A stretch of 33,900 nucleotides of DNA from a virus. Taxonomy: Duplodnaviria > Caudoviricetes. This document shows positions 1-8,760 of this stretch, piece by piece. A program made the position numbers and the translations under genes. The DNA lies in IMG/VR virus record IMGVR_UViG_3300035533_000020, positions 1 through 33,900 of that record. One strand, 5' to 3'. Every line of letters starts with the position of its first letter. The first letter of the stretch is position 1. A model generated the notes under the pieces. It ran no database searches. It had not been told where the DNA came from and saw only the letters and a list, made by a program, of their open reading frames with translations.

Positions 1-179
1 TATTGTGGTGTGCCAAGAGCTTAAAACTGCGACCTGCACCACCTCTTTTTTACAAAGAGATGTCAAAAGATTAGAGTCTGGGGACAGAGATGTCTAATCA
101 CCGATGCTCACATTTGAGTCAAGTGTATTGCTTGGTTTAAATGTGGGCATAGCCCATAACTATATATAAAGGATAGGAA

Positions 180-377
180 ATGGACAGATTGAATGAGCTT
201 GCTGAGAAAGCAGATGTATGTGACTTGATCGTGAGAGTTGATATACATGGAAAAAGTATATCTGTAGAGCTTGAGAGTTTTGAGGAAGCGGTCATCGTCT
301 TTAAAAATAGTGGCAAGATTGAAATAGCTGACTTTTTAATAGCCCAAGCTATAGATTTTACGCACAAGTATAACTAG
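180..377 (+). CDS. Hypothetical phage protein (65 aa)
   Basis: ORF with AGGA-type RBS just upstream; next small ORF follows closely. Confidence 0.55.
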   Translation: MDRLNELAEKADVCDLIVRVDIHGKSISVELESFEEAVIVFKNSGKIEIADFLIAQAIDFTHKYN

Positions 378-387
378 GGAGTGTGGC

Positions 388-516
388 ATGAGTGATAGAG
401 AGTTTCTTGTTTTTTTAGGGACACTGATTAACTTCTTTGCGATTGGTTTTCATGTGGGGATGTTTTTTGGATTTAGAAAAAAACCAAGAAAGGCTAAGAA
501 GCCTCCTAAGGCTTAA
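388..516 (+). CDS. Small single-TM peptide (42 aa, MSDREFLVFLGTLINFFAIGFHVGMFFGFRKKPRKAKKPPKA)
   Basis: Translated by hand; GGGAG RBS; hydrophobic segment followed by basic tail. Confidence 0.5.
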   Translation: MSDREFLVFLGTLINFFAIGFHVGMFFGFRKKPRKAKKPPKA

Positions 517-763
517 AGTCACACTTGGTGTTATCTAAAAGACAGATGTTGCCTTTTTTGTGACGACAGTTGAAAGATTTACTAAAGAATCTTTTAAAAA
601 CCCTAACAGTTACTGAGGTGGCTCTGCTCCCCTCTTTTTTGTGGCATTTTGTTTTTTCAAACGGGTTTGCACTTACATGCCCTACACGATAACCAAGTCC
701 AAACCCTCCACCAAAAGCGGTCGCAATAGCAGAGAAAATAGCAATATATATTGATAAATCCAT
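506..763 (-). CDS. Small membrane-anchored Cys-containing protein (moron-like)
   Basis: AAGGA RBS on minus strand; N-terminal hydrophobic helix; four Cys in the soluble part. Confidence 0.6.
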   Translation of the reverse strand: MDLSIYIAIFSAIATAFGGGFGLGYRVGHVSANPFEKTKCHKKEGSRATSVTVRVFKRFFSKSFNCRHKKGNICLLDNTKCDFKP

Positions 764-845
764 AGAAAAATCCTTTTTAGAAAATTATATCTAAAGAGGT
801 TTTTTGTGTGGATAAAACACAGAAACAATGAAAGGATAAAAAGCG

Positions 846-1097
846 ATGAACAAAACAAGTGAAATGAAGCAATATTTTATAGACAACTGTATGAGCTTCT
901 CTGCATTCGCAAAAAGATATAAGCTAGATAAGTCAACGCTAATGCAAGTGCTTGACGGTAGGCTTAAATGTGAAGTTGACAGGAACGGAGAGGATGGTAA
1001 AACGGCAAAAGTTGCACGGGTGCTTTGGGATCAGGGTATCTGGGTAGGCGAAAAGCCCAAGGTACTTCAAAAGATAGACAATGAGATAGAAAACTAA
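846..1097 (+). CDS. Ner/Cro-like HTH DNA-binding protein
   Basis: HTH-like SFSAFAKRYKLDKSTLMQVLDG; immediately upstream of transposase A as Mu ner. Confidence 0.7.
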   Translation: MNKTSEMKQYFIDNCMSFSAFAKRYKLDKSTLMQVLDGRLKCEVDRNGEDGKTAKVARVLWDQGIWVGEKPKVLQKIDNEIEN

Positions 1098-1107
1098 AGG
1101 AGCTGTC

Positions 1108-3171
1108 ATGTATGCAGAGACCAAAATAGCATCGGTTGTATTAGGTGTTTCAACTAACACATTTACTCAATGTGTGAAAAGAAACTCTAAAAAATACAAC
1201 TACAGATATATTGATGGTGTGGGCAGAGGTGGTAAAAAGCTTTTAATTGAGGTTGATGAAGTAGAGGTTGCGGTTGCTATAGATAGAGGTGACTTGCAGG
1301 AAGATATAACGGTTTATGAAGAGCTCTCAAGCGGTGAGCTTGGCGAGGTGACTTGGAATGATTTTAACGGTACTCCAAAAGAGGTTAGCGTTGGGGACCA
1401 GGAGCCAAAGCCAAAAGCAAAACCAAAAGAGACTAAGTACTTTGAACTTGACGAGCAACAAAAAGAGCAGGCTCAAGAGAGACTGCAAATTCTCAAAGAC
1501 TGGGATGAGTACAAAAAAGAGAGAGTACCTCTTAAAAAATTTATAGATCATAAAAATAGAAGCAACCCTGATTTAAAGCTCACTGAAGCAACACTCTATC
1601 GATGGCAAAGAAACTACAAAGCCAAAGGCATCACCGGCTTAGCTGATATGCGAGGCAAGGCTCGAAAAGGAAAAACAACGCTTAAGCCGTGGATGCAAGA
1701 GTTTATACTTGAGCAATTCAGAGCCTTTGGAGCCGGAGGTTTGAATATGCATCAACTGTGGGACGCACTTCATGAGGAGGCGGCTCGTAAAGGTGAGTGC
1801 GATTATATCGCATTTTTGAAAAAAGAGCAAAAACCAATATGTGACTACGGCACGGTAAAGCGGTTTATTGAAAACTACTACAAAGACAACCATCTTGAGT
1901 ATGTAATGGTAACGCAGGGTGAGGATAAAGCTAAGAGTTATCTTCAACCATCTATGGGTAACCAAAAAGAAAACATACTCAGACGAAACCAATGTTGGCA
2001 AATCGACTCATCGCCTCTTGATGTGATGGTAAGAGACGGCGAGGATGGTGCAGCATTTAGACCAGATATCCTCTCAATAGTAGATGTGTTTAGCGGTAGA
2101 AGCATTATGAGCCTTGAGCGTACATCAAACTCACTTGGGCTTGTAAGGCTTATATGGAAAGCGTTTGAGAAGTTTGGAAAGCCTGAGTATATAAAAGGTG
2201 ACAACGGTAAGGATTACTTATCTAAGCAGTTTCAAAACTTACTTAACGGACTTGGGATTGACTATGACAGATCAATCGCTTATGCAGGGGATGAGAAAGG
2301 TTTTGTCGAGAGACACTTTAGAACCGTGCAACATGCAGGTATGAGTTTCACACCAGGCTATATAGGCAACAACCTTGCAAAGCGTGAGATGATAGAGCAG
2401 AGAACTCCAAAGAGAGACCGAAAAGCAAAAGATGAGTTTGGTCATGTATCTAAAACAAATCAAAAGCACCTACTTACTTTTGAGCAGATGAAGATGAGAC
2501 TTGATACTGAGGTTGCTAAGTGGGACATCATGCGAGTTCGTAGAAAAGCAGAGAGTCCTATGGATAGATGGAACGCTGATGATACACCTATTAGAGAGGT
2601 TTCTTATGAAGAGTTTATCTTGTATGCAGGCGGAGCTGAGATCAGAACCGTAAGCAAACGAGGTATCGAGTATGAAGCTCTTAGGTTTGTGGGTGATGGA
2701 CTTCCACCGGTTGGAACTAAGGTTGTGGTTAGAGCCAACATCGACAACGCTCAAGAGATATTTGTATTTAGCTTGAGTGGAGAGTTTATCTGTAGAGCAT
2801 ACGACAAAGAGATAGCTCACATGAACGCTGAGCAGTACAAAGCTGTTAAGAAAGTGTTTAGAGATGAGATGCGTGAAGTTAGAAGAGTTATCAAGTCTGC
2901 TGAGTTCAGTGCATTTACAAGACTTTCAATCGAAGAGGATTTTGAGCGAATGCTTGCTGAGCACAAAGAGTCACTCAAACCTCAAAAAGTGGAAAAAGCA
3001 AACAATGATCTTGTTATGCAGGTCACTGAGAGACTTAGAGAGCAAAGAGAAGTTGACAGCGTAAAAGAGAGAGTTTTCGATATCGACAGTTTAAGCCTTG
3101 AGAGGGGCGTGCAAAGAAAAAGCAAACTGAGTTGGGATGATGCGATAGAGAAAGCGGTTAACTGGAGTTAG
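1108..3171 (+). CDS. Mu-like DDE transposase (MuA)
   Basis: HTH (EATLYRWQRNYK), catalytic WQIDSS / GDNGKDY / KGFVERHF, Mu-type C-terminal barrel; followed by MuB. Confidence 0.95.
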   Translation: MYAETKIASVVLGVSTNTFTQCVKRNSKKYNYRYIDGVGRGGKKLLIEVDEVEVAVAIDRGDLQEDITVYEELSSGELGEVTWNDFNGTPKEVSVGDQEPKPKAKPKETKYFELDEQQKEQAQERLQILKDWDEYKKERVPLKKFIDHKNRSNPDLKLTEATLYRWQRNYKAKGITGLADMRGKARKGKTTLKPWMQEFILEQFRAFGAGGLNMHQLWDALHEEAARKGECDYIAFLKKEQKPICDYGTVKRFIENYYKDNHLEYVMVTQGEDKAKSYLQPSMGNQKENILRRNQCWQIDSSPLDVMVRDGEDGAAFRPDILSIVDVFSGRSIMSLERTSNSLGLVRLIWKAFEKFGKPEYIKGDNGKDYLSKQFQNLLNGLGIDYDRSIAYAGDEKGFVERHFRTVQHAGMSFTPGYIGNNLAKREMIEQRTPKRDRKAKDEFGHVSKTNQKHLLTFEQMKMRLDTEVAKWDIMRVRRKAESPMDRWNADDTPIREVSYEEFILYAGGAEIRTVSKRGIEYEALRFVGDGLPPVGTKVVVRANIDNAQEIFVFSLSGEFICRAYDKEIAHMNAEQYKAVKKVFRDEMREVRRVIKSAEFSAFTRLSIEEDFERMLAEHKESLKPQKVEKANNDLVMQVTERLREQREVDSVKERVFDIDSLSLERGVQRKSKLSWDDAIEKAVNWS

Positions 3172-3227
3172 ATTAACAGTCCCCTCTTTGGAGGGGATGA
3201 TTAATCCAACTAAATAAAGGAGTAACA

Positions 3228-4166
3228 ATGGATTTAAGAGAAGAAATTAGGAGCTTTATAGAAAGCAACGGAATCAGTCAAAATGGGTTTGCTAAGACAA
3301 TCGGAGTTAATGCGGCTTATTTAACGGGATATATGAAAGAGGGCGAGAGCTATAAATATGCAGAAAAGGTTAAAGCCCCCGCTCAAAATTACATCGCAAA
3401 TTATATCGAAAAAAACTCTAAAAAGAAAGATAGAGACCTTGAGTTTGTGATGACACGGGATGTGAAGAGTATCTTTGCAGTGATTGAGTGGGCTGTAATG
3501 GATGAAGATATGGCAGTTATCAGCGGTCATGCAGGTATGGGAAAAAGTAGAGCTGTAGGAGAGTTTGCAAAGAACCATCCAGAGTGTTTGCTTATAGAAG
3601 CAACGATAAGCACAACGGCAAGAGACTTGTTTAAAAGAATAGCTGAGCTGCTTGGAACTAACTATAAAGGCTCGCTTGATCTTACAGTTAGAGAGTGTGC
3701 TTCGATACTGCAAAAAAGTGAGAAGTTTATCATCATTGATGAAGCGGAGCACTTACCATATAGAGCACTGGAGCTATTGAGACGGATGTATGACTTCTCA
3801 AGAAGCCCACTTATTCTGGTAGGAACTCAAAAGCTTATCAAAAACCTCACGGGTGGTGCATCGTCTCACAATGAGTATGAGCAGCTTAGCTCAAGAGTGG
3901 GCGGTAAATGGATACTGCAAGGTCTTAGCTACCCAAAAGAGCAAGACGGAAAGATGGTTGAGATTGATGATGACTTAAAAGCCGTATGTAAGCTTTTTGG
4001 GACTGATGATGCAAGCGTTGCAAAGACAATCAAACAGTACACAAAAGGCAACTTTAGAAAAACAGAGAAGCTTTTAAAGAGATCACAAAGACTGGCAAGA
4101 AGTTACGGAACCAAGATAGATAAAGAAGTGATAGAGACAGCAGTTGAGATGCTGCTTTTAAGATAG
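3228..4166 (+). CDS. Transposition AAA+ ATPase (MuB-like)
   Basis: N-terminal HTH, Walker A GHAGMGKS, Walker B IIIDEAEHL, QLSSRVG arginine-finger region. Confidence 0.93.
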   Translation: MDLREEIRSFIESNGISQNGFAKTIGVNAAYLTGYMKEGESYKYAEKVKAPAQNYIANYIEKNSKKKDRDLEFVMTRDVKSIFAVIEWAVMDEDMAVISGHAGMGKSRAVGEFAKNHPECLLIEATISTTARDLFKRIAELLGTNYKGSLDLTVRECASILQKSEKFIIIDEAEHLPYRALELLRRMYDFSRSPLILVGTQKLIKNLTGGASSHNEYEQLSSRVGGKWILQGLSYPKEQDGKMVEIDDDLKAVCKLFGTDDASVAKTIKQYTKGNFRKTEKLLKRSQRLARSYGTKIDKEVIETAVEMLLLR

Positions 4167-4175
4167 GGAGAGAGA

Positions 4176-4301
4176 ATGCTTATCAAGGGTTATAAAGACG
4201 GGGTTACATTTATGATTATTACGGATGACCCAAAGGTGCTGAGTGTTTTTGCAGCGATGGTTGAGAGATATGAGTATTGTCACGGAGGTTTAAATGTTTG
4301 A
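4176..4301 (+). CDS. Small hypothetical protein (41 aa)
   Basis: Translated by hand; GGGAG RBS; overlaps next ATG. Confidence 0.4.
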   Translation: MLIKGYKDGVTFMIITDDPKVLSVFAAMVERYEYCHGGLNV

Positions 4302-4395
4302 GATGTTAGGAGTAGCAGCTATAGGTTTTGTGGTTGGCTGGATTGCTTGTGAGATAAAGGTCGAGGTAGATAGGAGCAAAAGATGGAGGGATTGA
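4294..4395 (+). CDS. Small single-TM peptide (33 aa, MFEMLGVAAIGFVVGWIACEIKVEVDRSKRWRD)
   Basis: Translated by hand; GGAGG RBS; hydrophobic N-half. Confidence 0.45.
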   Translation: MFEMLGVAAIGFVVGWIACEIKVEVDRSKRWRD

Positions 4396-4607
4396 GAGTT
4401 CATCATCAAGCCAAAGGGCTTGAGGAGCTTATGAGAAGACAAGGAGGTATTGAGGTCATGTTTGATGGAAATGTCAATGAGAAGCTTAGAACTGCGTTAG
4501 AGATACTTGATGAGATAGATGAGGACGAGGATGTTTCAACTGCCCTGGTGCTTACAAGTTTAAAAACTGCAAAAAAGGCTCTTAATCAAGCCATAAAAAG
4601 AACATAA
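4383..4607 (+). CDS. Hypothetical phage protein (start uncertain, possibly ATG 4458)
   Basis: ORF in tightly packed early operon. Confidence 0.5.
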   Translation: MEGLRVHHQAKGLEELMRRQGGIEVMFDGNVNEKLRTALEILDEIDEDEDVSTALVLTSLKTAKKALNQAIKRT

Positions 4608-4680
4608 ACATTGCTAAAGCTCACTTAGGTGGGCTTTATGGAGTGTTTGCACTCACACATTAAAAATATAAAGGAGTCTT

Positions 4681-4803
4681 ATGGGATTGAGAATAGTTAA
4701 GAAAAATCCAGACAGTTTGCCGGTGGCTTTGCTTTACGGCTATGTATGTAAAAAGTCGCTTTGCGACAGACTAAAACTAAGGAGTGATGAATGCGAAGCG
4801 TAG
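4681..4803 (+). CDS. Small hypothetical protein (40 aa)
   Basis: Translated by hand; AAGGAG RBS; overlaps next ORF. Confidence 0.45.
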   Translation: MGLRIVKKNPDSLPVALLYGYVCKKSLCDRLKLRSDECEA

Positions 4804-4985
4804 TTGCAGCATTAGCCGCTTCGCTTTTTGGAAGCAGTGCTCTTGTGGATAACAAGCAATACAGAGCACCAAGTCAAAATGCGGGCATCGGTAGTAAAGG
4901 GAAAGTAAAACAAGTTAAAGGCAAGCGTTCAAAGAGCTTGAAGCAAAGAGCTAATCGCAGAAAAGCCAAAAGGAGAGCTGCATGA
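4791..4985 (+). CDS. Small basic hypothetical protein
   Basis: AAGGAG RBS; Lys/Arg-rich C-terminus; ATGA coupling to next gene. Confidence 0.6.
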   Translation: MRSVVAALAASLFGSSALVDNKQYRAPSQNAGIGSKGKVKQVKGKRSKSLKQRANRRKAKRRAA

Positions 4986-5218
4986 TGTTTGATTTTGATA
5001 TAGCAGAACTTGAAAAGAGACTCATGGAGATGTATCCAGGTAGAGAGTTTATTTTGTCAACTCAAGCAAGATACAAATGGAAGTTAATAGCTTTGAGAGT
5101 TGAGCCTCCAGATGATGGAAGTGCAGAGGCTAGAGATGTTCAGGCTTGGGGTGAAGACTGGGAAGCAGCTGAGAAGATGCTTTTTACTATTTTAAACAAT
5201 AAATCAAAGGAGCAATAA
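4982..5218 (+). CDS. Hypothetical phage protein
   Basis: Coupled to both neighbours (ATGA, TAATG). Confidence 0.65.
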   Translation: MMFDFDIAELEKRLMEMYPGREFILSTQARYKWKLIALRVEPPDDGSAEARDVQAWGEDWEAAEKMLFTILNNKSKEQ

Positions 5219-5844
5219 TGGCAGAGATTAGTGAAAGAGGTCTTTGGATCAACAACAAAGGTGAGGAGGTTCACAAGGATTTGGTTCGACCAAATGAGCA
5301 GATAAGAGATGAACTTGTAGAGAAACTGTGTGAGCAGGCAAAAGAGTTATCAAAAACTCTTGCTGAGTTTAAGGGTCAAGCAGGCGATGACATAAAGAGT
5401 TATTTTAACTTACTGCTTCAAAACTATGGGCTTAATGAAAAGAAAAGAAGCAAAAAGGGAAATATGACTCTTGAGAACTTCTCAGGAACTGCAAAGGTGC
5501 AGGTGGCGATTGGCGAGACACTGAGCTTTGATGAGAAGCTTAATATTGCAAAGATGAAGATTGACGAGTACTTGACCGACATCACCAAAGACTCTGATCC
5601 AGTCATCAAGACTCTTGTAACCAAAGCTTTTGAGGTTGACAAGCAAGGGAAGATTGATGCTAAGAAAATCTTTGCTTTGAAAAGCTATGAGATAGCAGAC
5701 CCAAGATGGCGTGAAGCTATGGAGATCATCGATGAGAGTAAGAAAGTATCTCATGTGAAGCCTTATATTAGATTTTACACAAGAGAGAGCATAGAGAAAG
5801 AATGGAAGATCATCCCACTTGATATAGCAGGAGTTGAAGCATGA
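5218..5844 (+). CDS. DUF3164-family protein of Mu-like phages
   Basis: KGNMTLENF, FDEKL..AK..IDEYL, AFEVDKQG, W.EAM.II..S, YIRFY.R, IPLDIA motifs; position in the semi-essential early region. Confidence 0.8.
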   Translation: MAEISERGLWINNKGEEVHKDLVRPNEQIRDELVEKLCEQAKELSKTLAEFKGQAGDDIKSYFNLLLQNYGLNEKKRSKKGNMTLENFSGTAKVQVAIGETLSFDEKLNIAKMKIDEYLTDITKDSDPVIKTLVTKAFEVDKQGKIDAKKIFALKSYEIADPRWREAMEIIDESKKVSHVKPYIRFYTRESIEKEWKIIPLDIAGVEA

Positions 5845-6398
5845 GAGTAGTGGTTGTTATAGGTCATAGTCAAGAGAGTCAAGGAGCGGTAAACAGCTCC
5901 TATGATGTGAGTGAGTTTGTGTTTAATCAAAAAATTGCTCACGATATAGAGCATAACTTTTGGAAGCTCAATCCTGAAGATGAGATTGTTGTTGCTTATA
6001 GAGAGAACGGATACTCAAAGCTTCCAGGAGAGATAAACGAGCTTAATCCTGATCTTATCGTGAGTCTTCACTGCAACGCTTTTGATGCAAAAGCGAGCGG
6101 TTGCGAGATGCTCTACTATCACAAGAGCGAAAAAGGCAAAGAGATAGCAAGGATATTTCAAAACCACCTGGTGCAAAAGCTTGACAACAAAGACAGAGGC
6201 ATCAAACCAAGAAGCACAGAGGATAGAGGCGGTTATCTGCTCAGATACACGAAAGCACCTTGCATCATCTGTGAGCCGTTTTTCATCGACAACGATGATG
6301 ACTTCTTGAGAGCGGATGAGTGCTTTGTGGATGGAGACCTAACTCAATGGTACTGCGAAGCTATCAATAAATCACTTGAATATCTAAAAAATCAATGA
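5841..6398 (+). CDS. N-acetylmuramoyl-L-alanine amidase (Amidase_3), probable endolysin
   Basis: Zn ligands VIGHS, SE, SLHCNA and catalytic ICEPFFIDN; no signal peptide. Confidence 0.9.
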   Translation: MRVVVVIGHSQESQGAVNSSYDVSEFVFNQKIAHDIEHNFWKLNPEDEIVVAYRENGYSKLPGEINELNPDLIVSLHCNAFDAKASGCEMLYYHKSEKGKEIARIFQNHLVQKLDNKDRGIKPRSTEDRGGYLLRYTKAPCIICEPFFIDNDDDFLRADECFVDGDLTQWYCEAINKSLEYLKNQ

Positions 6399-6497
6399 AC
6401 ATAAAGCCCGTTTAAACACTGTTTAAATGGGCGTTTAAATAACACTTTTTAAAGCTTCTAAGACGGGAGCTTTAAAGATTGTTTTTTAGGAGTATAA

Positions 6498-6650
6498 ATG
6501 CAAAAAAAGAACGGATTAGGTAAGCCAAACGCTAGGTTTTTAACAGATAGAGAAAAAAGGGAGCTTTCAAAGTTTTTTCGCTCAGCTCTTGAGGGCGGAA
6601 GATTGAGAGTTATACCTATAAAAAGAGTCAAAAATGCAAAGCAAGACTGA
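6498..6650 (+). CDS. Small basic hypothetical protein (50 aa)
   Basis: Translated by hand; AGGAG RBS; overlaps next ORF. Confidence 0.5.
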   Translation: MQKKNGLGKPNARFLTDREKRELSKFFRSALEGGRLRVIPIKRVKNAKQD

Positions 6651-6855
6651 GAGCTTTATTGAGAGCATACTTAATACTGCCAGCGGTTTTGTGCTTTCTT
6701 TGTTTCTTGTGAACACGGTGCTACCGTTTTATGGTTTTGATGTGAAGCCAGGGCAGTCTTTAGAGATAGTGATGATTTTTACAGTTGCATCTGTATGTCG
6801 CAGCTATATCTGGAGGAGAGTGTTTAATAAAAAAGCATTGAAAGGAAAGAGATGA
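6634..6855 (+). CDS. Small two-TM phage membrane protein
   Basis: MQSK.ES.IES..N...G start and R.Y..RR.FN end, a pattern common in phage small membrane proteins. Confidence 0.7.
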   Translation: MQSKTESFIESILNTASGFVLSLFLVNTVLPFYGFDVKPGQSLEIVMIFTVASVCRSYIWRRVFNKKALKGKR

Positions 6856-7175
6856 GTTTGTTTACAGTTCAGACCGGGGATGAGAAACTAGATCAAGCTT
6901 ATAGCAGGATGTGTTCACATATCAGCTCACATGAGAGCTTTGACAGTTTTTATAGGTACTTCACTCAAATAGTTAAAACAGACGACCATGAGAAGCTCAA
7001 TAAGTGGCTCTTAAAGGTTTTGTTTTGCGAGCTGAAGTACGGAAAGAGTGAAAAGAAACACGACTTTGATCTTATGATTGAAGCCTTAGAGTTGAGCGAG
7101 CCTGCAAAAGCAGAGCAGCTTAGACAGTGGCTTGAGCAGAACTTAGAAAAATTGAACATTAAAAGAGAGAGCTAA
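6852..7175 (+). CDS. Hypothetical helical protein
   Basis: ATGA-coupled ORF directly upstream of the AAA ATPase. Confidence 0.65.
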   Translation: MSLFTVQTGDEKLDQAYSRMCSHISSHESFDSFYRYFTQIVKTDDHEKLNKWLLKVLFCELKYGKSEKKHDFDLMIEALELSEPAKAEQLRQWLEQNLEKLNIKRES

Positions 7176-7178
7176 AGA

Positions 7179-8090
7179 ATGAATGATGTATTTTTGTATC
7201 TGAACGAACTCAAGCTTCAAGATGAGCATTTTGATGAAGAGGTTGAGTTTTTGATTGATGACTTTTTACCAAAGAAGTTAATCACTATGTATTATGCTGA
7301 TGGGGGCAACGGTAAGAGTTGGCTTGCTCAAGGCATAACAAAACACTTGCTTGATAAGGACAAGATTAAAAACCTTACTTACATAGACTTTGATAACCCA
7401 GTGAGCGTACTTAAAGAGAGGAATATCAATGATCTACTTATCAAAAAGTACAAGAAGCTTAACTATATACAGAGGTCAACTTTAAATATATCGCCCTTTG
7501 AGCTTCTTATGAAGCTTGAGGAGCACGCTTATAGCGGAGCGTATGATGACTGCGTGTTTATCATAGACAGCTTGAGAAATATAGTTGACATCATGCATGA
7601 TGGAAAAGTTATGCGTGTGATGAATGCTTTAATGAATATGCGTGAAGCTGGAGCTACTATCATAATGCTGCATCACTCAAACAAGGACGGCAAGAATTAT
7701 CAAGGCTCAAACAACATAAGAAACTCTATCGACTGTATGTATAGACTCAATAAAAGACCAAGCGGTGATGATGAGATCAACTTCTTGCTTGATGTGCAAA
7801 AAGAGCGTGCAGGGATAAACGATTGTGCCTTTTGTGTGAAGACTGAGAGTCTTGAGCTTAGAGAGATGGACTTTGATATCGCTTGCATGAATGAGTATGA
7901 GCTTGAGTTTGTAGAGAAAGTCAAGAAGTCACTGGCAATGAGAAAAGACGGCTTAAACAAAACAGAGCTGCTTGAAGCAACGGGGCATAAAAAAGATGAC
8001 AAGACCGCAAGAGATACTCTTGATAAGTTCACTGACAAATTTTGGAAAGCTAAAAAACAAGGCAAGAGATATATCTATAGCTTAAACTAG
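7179..8090 (+). CDS. AAA_25 / RecA-fold (RepA/SF4 helicase-like) ATPase
   Basis: Walker A ADGGNGKS, Walker B FIIDSL, LHHSNK and KER motifs; probable C-terminal winged helix. Confidence 0.8.
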   Translation: MNDVFLYLNELKLQDEHFDEEVEFLIDDFLPKKLITMYYADGGNGKSWLAQGITKHLLDKDKIKNLTYIDFDNPVSVLKERNINDLLIKKYKKLNYIQRSTLNISPFELLMKLEEHAYSGAYDDCVFIIDSLRNIVDIMHDGKVMRVMNALMNMREAGATIIMLHHSNKDGKNYQGSNNIRNSIDCMYRLNKRPSGDDEINFLLDVQKERAGINDCAFCVKTESLELREMDFDIACMNEYELEFVEKVKKSLAMRKDGLNKTELLEATGHKKDDKTARDTLDKFTDKFWKAKKQGKRYIYSLN

Positions 8091-8098
8091 GAGAGAAG

Positions 8099-8713
8099 AT
8101 GAAATTGATTTACATAGACACTGAGACAACTGGGTTAACTCCAAGTATGCATGGCTTGACTGAGCTTGCTTTTATCTTGGTAGAAGATGGAGAGGTTAGA
8201 CATAAAGAACTTATGCGTATTAATCCGTTGACATACAACAAAGAAGTTGATATCGAAGAGGAAGCTTTGAAAGTAACCGGAAAGGATATCGTAGAGATAA
8301 GCAACTATCCTGAGAGTTATACTCAGTTCAATAGGTTTATATCTTTGCTTGATGGTTTTGTGGATAAGTTTGACAAGAACGACAAACTTACGGTTACAGG
8401 ATATAACATAGGGTTTGATATAGGTTTTATAAGAGATTGGTTTGAAGATAACGGATGCAGATATTATGGCTCATATTTTTCATACAAAGATATTGATGTG
8501 TTTGCTCTAGTGAAGCATTTAAAGCTTTTGGGTTTTATAGACACTCCAAGCGATAAGCTTGAGGTTGTATGTGAAGCCTTTGATGTTGAGCTTGATGCAC
8601 ACCAGGCAATGAGTGACATTGAGGCTACAAGAGAGCTTTATAAAAAGCTAGTTGGTAAGTTTTTACCAAGTGTTGATACAACTTGTACAACTTCTACAAC
8701 TTGCAAGTTGTAA
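8099..8713 (+). CDS. DEDDh 3'-5' exonuclease (DnaQ-like)
   Basis: ExoI IDTETTG, ExoII YNIGFD, ExoIII HQAMSD. Confidence 0.9.
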   Translation: MKLIYIDTETTGLTPSMHGLTELAFILVEDGEVRHKELMRINPLTYNKEVDIEEEALKVTGKDIVEISNYPESYTQFNRFISLLDGFVDKFDKNDKLTVTGYNIGFDIGFIRDWFEDNGCRYYGSYFSYKDIDVFALVKHLKLLGFIDTPSDKLEVVCEAFDVELDAHQAMSDIEATRELYKKLVGKFLPSVDTTCTTSTTCKL

Positions 8714-8749
8714 AGGTTGTAAAGGTTGTATGTACCTAAGCTACAACTT
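8676..8749. repeat. Iteron-like palindromic array: 3x TACAACTT then 3x inverted A(A/G)GTTGTA at 9-bp period, plus a seventh copy
   Basis: TACAACTT at 8677, 8686, 8695, 8742; inverted copies at 8705, 8714, 8723. Confidence 0.9.
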
Positions 8750-8760
8750 GGAGGTTTGAA

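Noticed and set aside
1-45. tat-TGT at the window start mirroring ACA-tat at the end, as a possible attL with target duplication
   Set aside because: No copy of the attR motif (TAAAATGAAAGT) follows, no repressor gene lies between it and ner, and the TGT is part of a GTGGTG/CACCAC stem. Three matching bases are too few; flanking sequence is needed.
56-99. AGAGATGTC direct repeat (56, 86) and GATTAGA/TCTAATC inverted repeat
   Set aside because: Possible operator or RNA structure, but too short and context-truncated to assign.
5218-5844. Calling this gene gam
   Set aside because: Position fits, but the motifs match DUF3164 rather than Mu Gam, so no symbol was assigned.
8676-8749. CRISPR-like array
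   Set aside because: Units are 8 bp with 1-bp spacing and half are inverted; no spacers or cas genes.
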